In this document: in pieces, positions 26,142 to 36,175 of the stretch
Position numbering within the stretch: the first letter of the stretch is position 1
Layout of the letters: the number at the start of each line of letters is the position of its first letter
Assembly (NCBI RefSeq): GCF_009914755.1
Contig: NC_060944.1
Direction: 5' to 3' (one strand)
From: the human T2T-CHM13v2.0 reference genome, Homo sapiens
Length of the DNA stretch: 64,000 bases
Notes under the pieces: model-generated
What the model was told of the DNA's origin: nothing
Seen by the model: only the letters and a program-made list of their open reading frames with translations
Database searches by the model: none
Program-made: the position numbers and the translations under genes

Positions 26142-27129
26142 CTAAAATGTGGGTGATCTTTATTTGACTGCCTTTGTTCCTCAAAATCATTTTTAAAAAA
26201 CACCTTTATATTTGTTATATTTGCTGCATTACATTTAAATATATGATTCAGATAATGCTCATTGAATTTCTGCTTTTAAGGTTCTGTTGTTACAAAGGGG
26301 CAATAACTTAAAGAAAGCATATATGTCATTGAAAATGATGTTTTCCAGATATAATGCCCTCCCAGTGTCCAGTCAGAAATTTTTAAAGCAGTTGATAAAA
26401 ACTCAAAATTCACTGGCACTAACTTACACTTCTTACAACTTTGTCTAATCAATATCATTTTCCAAGCTCTTGCACTCGTAAATTCTGACTTCATTTTTTT
26501 CTTCCCTCTTTTTTTTTATTTTCTGAAGAATGTGAAAGAGCCAAGTTGGGATCATTTCTCTTCCTCTTCCTGTGTTTCTTCGTAATCTTTGATTGGGTGT
26601 GTATTTTAAACTAAACCGAGTTACTCTGTCCGTTTGAGGGCATCAGCCATATGGAAGGCCGTTGAGGGGATTCTAGGAGGTTCCACATGGGTAAATGCCT
26701 TATCAGCACATTGCGGGATTTAGGAATGTGCCAAATTCCAGGATGCATTTGGGATCCAAAGAGCTGGCCATATCCTGGATTCTGCAGCATCTGGAAGCCC
26801 CTCTCCAAACAACTCTCAGCCAGGCTTCTTGATTTACAAAGCAAGCACAGTCTCTATGTTCTCATCATTCACTTGACCATCTCCAAAGCTTAAATCTAAC
26901 AAGACTCATAGCAGCTAATAGGAAAACACTTCTCTTTTCTTACTATTTTTTTTGTTTGTTTGCTTTACTCTGTACTTGTAAATTGGATAGCCTTAGATTC
27001 TCAAAACCAAGTAATTTTCTTTGGTCTGTCTGATTAGATTGTTCATAATAACATTATTACTACTACTGTTACTGATATTTACTGAAAATGCAATATAAGC
27101 CCTGCACTATCCCTGCCTTTCAATCAGGT

Positions 27130-27840
27130 GCTAAACAAGTGAGAAGACCCCTGTTCTCATAGACTTTATTCTAATTTGAGGGAGACTGAAAATAAATTAA
27201 GAAACAACCCTGATGGTTTAAGACAGGAAATATTCGCATGAAACAAATAAAAATATTTGCTATGAAACAAATAGAAAAGCTGGAGTGAGATGATGAGAGT
27301 TATATTTAGATTTATCTGAGGGCTCAGTGACATTCGAGCAGTGAAGTGGCCTGCGTGACAGGGCAGATTCTGCCATGAGAAGATCCAGGCAGAAGACCTG
27401 CGAGGGCAAAGTCCTTGAGGCAGGAAAAGGCTTGGAGTGTCTGAGGACAGAAAGTTAGCCAAGACCAGGGAGTATGTGAGCAGGGAGAGTGGCAGGTGCG
27501 GCAAAATCAGGCAGTGCCTTACAGACCATGGTGGGGAGACCTGATTTTACTCTAAGGGCAGTGGAGGCCAGTGGAAGGTTCTAGAACAATTTGGTTTTTG
27601 AGACTCTTTCCTCTGGCTACTGGTAGCAAACAGATGGAGGTAGGATAGGCATTGGAGCAGTAGTCCCCGTAGGAAGCCAGGTTGTCAGCCAGGCCTTGGT
27701 GAACCTGGCCCCAGCGGAGGCTGTGGGGATGATGAGATGGTGGGAATGTCCTGTCAGGTTGCCAGGGTTGGCTGTGGGGGATAAAAGAAAGGGAAAGATC
27801 AAGAATGACTCCCAGGATTTTGACAGGAACGACTTGTGAG
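27130..27840 (-). mobile_element. L2 remnant
   Basis: Degenerate L2 antisense motifs (tcaagaatgactcccaggattttg); approximate. Confidence 0.55.
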
Positions 27841-28249
27841 CTCATGTTGTCCCAGCCCTCATCCTAATATCATCTCATTTAATTCTCCCAGCAACTCTGT
27901 GAGCTCGGTGCTGCTGTATACACATTTTCACAGATGAAGAAACTGAGGTGTAGAGAGTTTAATTAACTGAGTCATTCAACTCATAAGCCACAGAGCAGGG
28001 ACCGGAGCCCAGCACCATCTAATGAGAAACCCCTCTGCCTCCCATAGACACTGTGCCTCGGCCCTTTAAGAGAGGCCAGAGGGTGCCAGAAATAATGTTA
28101 GATACTTTTTCTATCTATGCAGTTTTAAGAAACTATTTGGAGATTGGTAGGATATATGAAACAAATACTGGATACTGGTCTAAAATTATAAAATACATTT
28201 TATTAAACATTTAATTACTGTTCAAATGTTATAATATAAAAATTCCTCC

Positions 28250-28760
28250 TTAACTCTGGTGGGAATATAAAATGGTTCAATCATTTTGGAAAACTGGCAG
28301 TTTCTTATAAAGTTAAATAAATACCCACCTTATGACTCAGCAATTTTCCTGGGTCTTCGTCCAAGAGAGATGAAACATGACCACAAAAAGACTTGTACAA
28401 CAATGTTCATAGTCACCTGGCTTGTAATACCCTCAAACTGGCAACAAACAAATGCTCACCCACCGCCATATGGATAACAAATCGTAGCACATTCATAGGA
28501 GGGAATACTACACAGCAATTAAAAGGAATGGATCACGCAACATGAATGAATCTCAATCACATTATGTTGAAAAGAAGAAGGAAGGCACGAAAACATCCTA
28601 TATGGTTTTATTTGAAGTTGGAGAACAGTAAAAACAATATCTATGGTGGTAGAGGGTGAGGGTTTGACTAGAAAGAGGCACAGCAAACTTTCTGGAAGGT
28701 AGAGGCACTGTGTATCTGGATTGCATTGAGGAATACATGGAAATATGTATGCATATTTAT
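28250..28760 (+). mobile_element. Old L1 (L1ME/MD-like) 3' fragment
   Basis: ctggtgggaatataaaatggttcaatcattttggaaaactggcagtttctta...gaatactacacagcaattaaaaggaatg. Confidence 0.7.
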
Positions 28761-28867
28761 TTCTAGAGGTGAATTAGCAGTTAATCAGGTTAGTAATACA
28801 GGTCTAGGGAGAGCCTTCAAATCCTCTTTGAAGATTCCGGCGCGCTGACCGACGATGCTGAGAAATT

Positions 28868-28881
28868 CCACCAGGTGGCGC
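28868..28881 (+). promoter_or_regulatory. CTCF consensus motif in a CpG-dense patch
   Basis: CCACCAGGTGGCGC matches CCASYAGRKGGCRS; about 12 CpGs within 28838-28916. Confidence 0.7.
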
Positions 28882-29332
28882 TGCGTCCGCTGACGCTTTA
28901 TTATCGGGCGAAAACGTGGAAAACAGAAGCCCACTGGAGGTCTTCCTAGCTCCCCACCCCCATTTCGACCCCCTGCACCTACACACATTCCACCTCTTTT
29001 TTGACCTGAGTATCCTCCTCTCTTTTCCCACCTGGCCATCTGCCAAACCATCCCCCTAGCCTGGTATTACTAAGAAGTGATTCACCCTCTCATTTCGGAG
29101 ACCTAATCAGCAGGTGGGCAGTGGGTAATTTTTTTTTTAATTCTGTTTGGTGTTGCATGTCAGGTTTCGTTGGTGATGGAAAGTCATTTGAATGTTTTAG
29201 AAAAAGAGCAATATAATAAGGTTTAATTCTGGGGAAAGCAGTACAGACACTTGGCAGAGCAAAGAAATAAAGCTAACTGGGGTTCTTTGTTATTTTTTTT
29301 TTATTTCTTTTTGGCCTTTTTCATTTTTCCAG

Positions 29333-29499
29333 CGGGTAAACTGGAAACAGTGAAATGGGCGTTCACCTGGCCGCTGAGTTTCGTCTTATACTTCACTGTA
29401 CCCAACTGCAACAAGCCGCGCTGGGAGAAATGGTTCATGGTGACGTTTGCTTCCTCCACGCTGTGGATCGCAGCCTTCTCCTACATGATGGTGTGGATG
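29333..29499 (+). CDS. SLC24A3: SLC24A3 exon (probable exon 13), (S)GKLETVKWAFTWPL...FSYMMVWM
   Basis: tttttccag|CGGGTAAA...TGGATG|gtgagt; 167 nt, phase 1/0. Confidence 0.96.
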
Positions 29500-29584
29500 G
29501 TGAGTGCAATCGGGACCCCATGGCACTGTTAAATCTCTTTAGAGAATAAAGAAGGGAATAAGAGTCAGGGTTTCAGCCGATAAC

Positions 29585-30085
29585 TGTACTAGTCAGCTAT
29601 TGCTACAATAAGCTGCACAACGAACCACTCCTAAACTTAGTAGTTTAGAATTGCAGGCATCGATTCTCCTGCTCACACGTCTTCATGTTGACTGTGGATT
29701 CATTAATCTTAGCTGGGACCTGCTATGCAGCTCTGCTTCAGGCTTCAGGGTGGTCATGTTTGATTCAGGCAGCAGGTGGGGTCCATGTCTACTCCACGTG
29801 TCTGCTCATTTTCTTTGTACCAGAGGCTAGCTACCTGGGGTATGCTCTTCTCACAGTGCATCATTAGAATGCAAGAGAGTACGTGGAAACACGAAATGCC
29901 TCCAGGATCTTCGCCTGGCCCTGACTTACCATCACGTCCACACACATTTTACTGGCCAAGCCCCACATCAATGGCATGGGGGAAGTGTACTCCACCTGCT
30001 CCAGTGGGAAGAACAGCCATGTCACAGGGCAAAGGACATGGAGGAAAGGCACAAAGAATTGGGAAATGATGATCAATCCCTATCG
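29585..30085. mobile_element. MaLR LTR (MLT1-type)
   Basis: tgtactagtcagctattgctacaataagctgcacaacgaaccactcctaaacttagtagttt. Confidence 0.65.
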
Positions 30086-30247
30086 GCATCTTAGTTTCTT
30101 CAGCCAGACAATGAGGCATTGTATGAGGTGATCACTCAAGGGTCCCTTCTGAGGCTAAAATAATGACTCAGTGATTCACATTGGTTGATTGACATTGACT
30201 GATATTAGTTGATTGACATCGATTCAGTGGCTTTGACCTTAACAAAG

Positions 30248-30293
30248 CCATTTTAGGAAACCCAGCCTTCCAGAATGCATTACCCATTTATGG
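30248..30293. promoter_or_regulatory. Paired CArG boxes (candidate SRF enhancer)
   Basis: CCATTTTAGG (30248-30257) and CCATTTATGG (30284-30293), both CC(A/T)6GG. Confidence 0.45.
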
Positions 30294-31589
30294 CTATACT
30301 TTTTAACTGGGGAGAAATTCCAAATCATTAGGATTGGACAGAAATTAAAAAGCATGGCAAAATGATGCAAATCCAAATTAATCTTGCCTTGAGTGTTGGA
30401 TAGAAATGTAATATAAATTCTGGAGAATTAAACTCAAGAGCTAAAAAGAAGGTTATGAAAAAGATATTTTGGTAAGAACAAAAATACCCAGAAAAATTTT
30501 GCTACATGGGTTGCAAATTTGTAAACCTGACACAACTAATTCATAATCATCTCTTTCCTCAATATCACAAACATTTTTTTAAAACCCAAGTTTTATAGCC
30601 AGGGGTTTCTCCCTCATCCTGCATTCACTAATGTTTTCATCTGACATATGCACCAAGAGCCACCTCCTATCTGGATTTGGGGGACAGTGTTGGCTGTCCC
30701 TGACCTTAAGGTGCTACATGATTTTCTGTGCAGCCCCCTAACCAGCGGGCTAACTGACCTGACTCATCTGAGGTTCAACTTCCTTCTGTTTGCTTCCTTT
30801 TCCTCCAGTGGAGGTTCTAATAAGTCCCAATCAATGCCCAGGAGTAGGGAGAAAACTAGGAGAAGCCGGAGACCTGGTCCCAGCCACCTGAGCAGTCTGC
30901 TCCCCTGAACTCCAGACCCAGCCACAAACATGATCATGAAAATGATGAACCAGAGGCCAAGACTGGCTGAGCCAAACCAGGTTCCTACAGGGACTGAGCT
31001 GAGGGTTAAAAAGGAAAAACAAGGTTTGGCCAGGACGCTGGTAGCTCCATTTGATCCAGAGCGACAAAATAGAAACAGCGTGTGTTTCTGCAGCTCACTT
31101 TCCTCCCTGGAGACCGGAAGTCAGAAAGCCCTGTGGCCACCCCAGGTTAAATTCTGTTCAGTTCTGCTCAGTACTGAACAGAAATGAGCTGCATTCTCTG
31201 TCTGAAAGGAGGCAAGGCAAGCATCTCTATGGATTTCACTCACATCCCCCCAATCTTTGAACAGGGAAGGAGCGATTGTGGCCTTTGGAGTGAAGTCAGG
31301 GTTCCGGGTGTAGGTGTCTCTCAAGGGCTGGCCCAGGAGGAACTGTGAGAAGAATGTGCTCCTTACAACATGTGCTTTGCATTTCCTGTAATTTTATGGC
31401 AAGTGAGGGAGATCCAGTGGCATCCTAAAATGACCTGACAGTTTCAACTCTTGTGAGTTATCTTCTCCTTGGGCCCACATGCAGGGAATGTGTCTCTTTT
31501 TCCACTTACCTCTTTTTTTGCCACCAGCTCCCTCATCATCTGCCTCATCAACTGCTTTTGTTTTTTTAAGCATGCTTGCATTTGCTTTT

Positions 31590-31975
31590 TCTATATTTGC
31601 ATAAATTTAAGCGGTACAAGTAAATTTGTTACATGGATATATTGTGTGATGGAAGTGACGAAGTCCTGACTTTAGTGTATCCATGACTGAAATAATGTTC
31701 ATCGTACCCATTAAGTAATTTCTCGTCACCCACCCCACTTCATTCCGTGCTGAATTTAAACTGAGGTGGCCTCTGGCCTTCCTGTTTTTCAGTCTCCAGG
31801 GAGGAAATTGAGATGTAGAAACACAACATTTCTGCCCCCAATCCTTCCAAGACTCCATTGCCTATCATTCCACACCCCATGTCCAAGTGTACACATTACG
31901 TAGCACCCACTTATGAGTGAGAACATGTGGAGTTTGACTTTCTGTGTCTGAGCTGTTTCACTTAAGATGATGGTC
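31590..31975 (-). mobile_element. L1 3' end (L1PB/L1MA-like), antisense, containing a foreign ~85-bp insert
   Basis: ggtacaagtaaatttgttacatg...cccacttatgagtgagaacatg...tttcacttaagatgatgg. Confidence 0.75.
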
Positions 31976-32061
31976 CCCAGAAGCTATTATAGTGAAGAAG
32001 ATGTTGACAAGGACAGCAAATTGCTACCAAGCTTCAAGGAATAGAGAAAAGGAAATGCTAG

Positions 32062-32396
<335 letters not shown>

Positions 32397-32873
32397 TAGA
32401 GTTATGCCTTTTCTAACAAGTATGGATACTGTCAAATCCAGCCCCTTTGCAGTTCTTCTAAATTCCCATTGTGCATCCTCCCTGACATGGACGCTCAAAT
32501 TCCAAGCAAAGCATCCATCCATTCTGGATGCCTCAGGGCCACCCGTAGTTCAAATATTCTGTCCCAATATTGCCTTTTTCCCAGAAATTCTATTTTCTCT
32601 TCTCAAACTACCCGCCTCACCGGAAGAGAACAAGTGAAAAGGCCAATGTTTTGTTGGAAAGTTTGGGTCCTATTACAGCACCGTCCCCTGACCTGCAGCC
32701 CCGGTCGGCATCCACATAGTGTTTGTCACCCTCTGTATTGATACAGAGAGCAGACATTGCACCCCACAGAGATAGCCCAGACCATAGCCTGTTGTGAGTC
32801 TCCATCAGAAGAATCATGGGCAGGTGGGGCTTGAGGTGACCCTCAGCTGACCACCTCTTCCTGCTCCTTCTAG

Positions 32874-32988
32874 GTCACAATCATTGGTTACACCCTGGGG
32901 ATTCCTGACGTCATCATGGGGATCACCTTCCTGGCTGCTGGGACCAGCGTGCCTGACTGCATGGCCAGCCTCATTGTGGCCAGACAAG
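32874..32988 (+). CDS. SLC24A3: SLC24A3 exon (probable exon 14), [38 protein letters not shown] (alpha-2 repeat)
   Basis: ccttctag|GTCACA...AGACAAG|gtggga; 115 nt, phase 0/1; CaCA-family motif GTSVPD. Confidence 0.96.
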
Positions 32989-33008
32989 GTGGGACTTCCA
33001 GTGGCAAT

Positions 33009-33150
33009 GGGGAAGGAGGGAGGGAGGGAGGAGGAGAGGGAGGGAAGAAGGGAGGGAAGGAAGGCAGGAGGGAGAAGAGAAAGGGAGGGAGAAGAGAAGG
33101 AAAGAGGGAGGGAGGGAGTGAAGGAAAGAAGGAAAGAAGGGAGGAAGTCA
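33009..33150 (+). repeat. (GGGA/GGAA)n polypurine tract
   Basis: Directly visible, 20 nt after the donor at 32989. Confidence 0.9.
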
Positions 33151-33963
33151 GGCGGGCAGGCGGGCCTCTCTACCTGGGGGACCCACCTGGTAATTAACAG
33201 GGTTTGGAAGGAGGGAGGGTGATGCCGTGTTGGTTGAAAGGTTTCCTGGGCTCAGAAGAACAGAGAAATAATCCAGAAGGTCCTACCCTTGAGGAAAGCA
33301 AAGACATTTCCTAGGTAGCACCCATAGCCCCTTCTGGAGGCTGTATCACCATCCTCCTATTATTCAAAGTAGTAGGAAATGTACTGACAGCTAACCTTTA
33401 CTGAGTAAAACATGATAGATGCACTATCTTATTTGATTTAAACAACAGCTCTGTGAAATAAGCACAATCATACCCCCATTTTATGGACAAGAAAATTGAG
33501 GCTTAGAGAGGACAAACCTCATCCCTAAGGCTGACCCACCTGCAGTGCCCTCTAAGTGACAGGTCCCAGAGGTCAGTTTTCAGAGTGTGACAGATCCTTC
33601 CCTCCTTCAAAGCCAAGCTCACAGGCTCACAGCTTACCTTCCCAAACAGATTCCCCAGATGGCCACACCCTTCTGTAGCACTCATTCTGACGCATCTGCC
33701 TGATTTATGCTGGAGGGCATTTGTTTCAAACAAATGTGTGTTGAGCTACAAAACTTAGCTCAGTGTCCCATAGACATCCTCATGAAGCTCTACTGTTGTC
33801 TACACTATTGTTCAGTTATTCCGAAGAAGGACTGGAGACAGTACAGGGCAGTTGGAAGATGACCCAGTATGCAGGTGTGAGCTCGGGAGTCACTTTCTAG
33901 AATGGTTGAGTTTATTCCTTTCCATAAGGGTGTCTCAGAATCTCCAGAATCCTTGAAACCATC

Positions 33964-34377
33964 TGTATTAGTGCGTCTCACATTGCTGTAAAGAAATACC
34001 TGAGGCTGAGTAATTTATCAAAAAAGAGCTCTAACTGGCTGATGGTTCTGCAGGCTGTACAAGAAGCATGCCAGCATCTGCTCGGCTTCTGGGGAGGCCT
34101 CAGGAAACTTCCAGTCATGGTGGAAGGTGAACGGGGAGCAGGCATGTCTTACACAGCAGGAGCAAGAGGGTGGGGGGAGGTGCTACACATGTTTAAATAA
34201 CCAGATCTCACGAGATCTCACTCACTATCACAAAGCCGGTACCAATGGGGGATGGTGTTAAACCATTCATAAGAAACCACCCCCATAATCCAATCACTTC
34301 CCGCCAAGCGTCACCTCCAACACTGGGGACTACAATCCACATGAGATTTTGTGGGGACACAGACACAAAGCCTATCA
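33964..34377. mobile_element. MST (MSTA/B-like) MaLR LTR
   Basis: tgtattagt...ttgctgtaaagaaatacctgag...cacatgagattttgtggggacacag...ctatca. Confidence 0.85.
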
Positions 34378-34632
34378 CTGTATTTGGTTTTTTGAATCAC
34401 TTATATTCAATCAGTGATGATATTTGAAGTAAAGGTCAACCATTCAATAGAACGTGTGTTTCTCTGTTTTATAATTCATGTCATCCTTTCACATGGGTGA
34501 TGGCCTTGAAAGAGAAGCACATATGTGAGCTTGCAGAACCACTCTCTGGCTGTGAGACTAAAGGCTTGGGAGAGTCCTGTGTGGGGCCCCTGGGTTCCCT
34601 TCCCTCTCTTAAGTGACCTCTTGTCCCTGCAG

Positions 34633-34745
34633 GGATGGGGGACATGGCTGTGTCCAACTCCATTGGGAGCAACGTGTTTGACATCCTGATTGGCCTCGGT
34701 CTCCCCTGGGCTCTGCAGACCCTGGCTGTGGATTACGGATCCTAC
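34633..34745 (+). CDS. SLC24A3: SLC24A3 exon (probable exon 15), (G)[37 protein letters not shown]
   Basis: ccctgcag|GGATGGGG...TCCTAC|gtaagt; 113 nt, phase 1/0; GSNVFD motif. Confidence 0.96.
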
Positions 34746-34932
34746 GTAAGTGGTTTTCTCCAGGACTTCTCCTGAAATCCAGGGCTACGTGACTGTGTTT
34801 TAACAGCCTTGGCCACAGGGTCTTTGTCTCGGGGAAAAAGGGGTGTAGAAATCGTAATATTGAGGGGGAAACAAATTCTCCTTGTCAAAGGCCTTACTAG
34901 TCAGGCTTGCAGGGACATTCAGGACTTTAGAG

Positions 34933-35270
34933 CAGGGGCCAGCAAACTTTTTCTGTCGAGGGGCAAATACTAAATATTTTAGGCTTTGTGGGCCAGAGGA
35001 TGTTTATACAGCTATTCAGCTTTGCTGCTGTAGCAGAAAAACGGCCATAGACAATAAATAACCAAACGGGCATGTCTGTTTCAATACAACTTTCCTAACA
35101 GAAACCGAAGTTTGAATTTTATATCATTTTTATATGTCATGATATATAACACTTCTTTTGATTTTTGTTCCAACCATTTAAATATGTAAAAACCATTCTT
35201 CACTCATGGACTATGCAGAAACAATTGGTGGGCCAAATTTGGCCCATGGGTCATAACTTGCCAACCCCTA
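34933..35270. mobile_element. MER58B-like hAT-Charlie DNA transposon
   Basis: TIRs CAGGGG.../...CCCCTA; 8-bp TSD CTTTAGAG / CTTTAGTG. Confidence 0.85.
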
Positions 35271-35529
35271 CTTTAGTGTACTTAGACTTGCTTCACCTTA
35301 TTACAGGCTAAGTGATTCATGTCAGAGAAACACTGGAGAGATGCCATCCGGGCTGGCCACTGAAAGGGCAACGCCCTGGCGGGGAGAGGGGGAGAGGGTC
35401 ACAGAATTCCAAATAACTCTTCTAAGTTCTGCAGCCCACAGGGTGAGACTTTTGCAGTCAGGCTCTTATGAATTGACTCACATCAGCCAAATTCACAAGA
35501 ATTTGATGTCTAGGATAGAATGTCAACAG

Positions 35530-36175
35530 ATGGTAGTAACAGATGGTAAGATATATAAGGGCTGTGCAGAAAGCGTGTGCTTATTTTGGATGATATGTTC
35601 TCTATATTCCTGGAGAAATATCTTATGTGGGAATTATTTTGGGCATCCTATGACCATCCTCTAATTCAGGGTTTCAGGAGTACTCACAGATTACATTCAT
35701 GGCTAAGGTTTATTATAGCACAGGATATGGGATAAAAGGAGCTGGAAAATGAAATGCATCAGGAGAAGCCCAGCGTGGTCAGCTGCAGGCCTCTAATTCC
35801 TTCCCTAATGAGTCACACAGGAAGTGCTTTCTCCCTTGCAGGAAACATGCATGAGATGTCTCTATCCAGGGAAGTCCACTGGAGGCTGAGGCTTTTGGGG
35901 AGGGCTGGTCAAGTAGGCACATTCCTGCTGCATGAACAGCCATGATGCCTGAATCTCAGAACCCCAGCATAGATACCAGGTAGACATTATAAAGTTTGGG
36001 AAATGATCGTGACAAATTGGTACAGCATGGCCTATCGCTTCTGGGGTACAAACCAATGTCATCAATTGTAGCATCCCGAGGGTCACATTCACAGGGGTTG
36101 GCCAAAGGTCAACCATGGTTCAGGACTCTCCTGGAGGTATGCAAGGATTAAATAACCAGGCCTGCTGTGTCAACA
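35530..36175. mobile_element. MER21-like LTR remnant
   Basis: tcatggctaaggtttattatagc...ccagggaagtccactggaggctgagg; approximate. Confidence 0.5.

Noticed and set aside
26648-26655. CCATATGG as a CArG box
   Set aside because: Only four A/T bases between CC and GG
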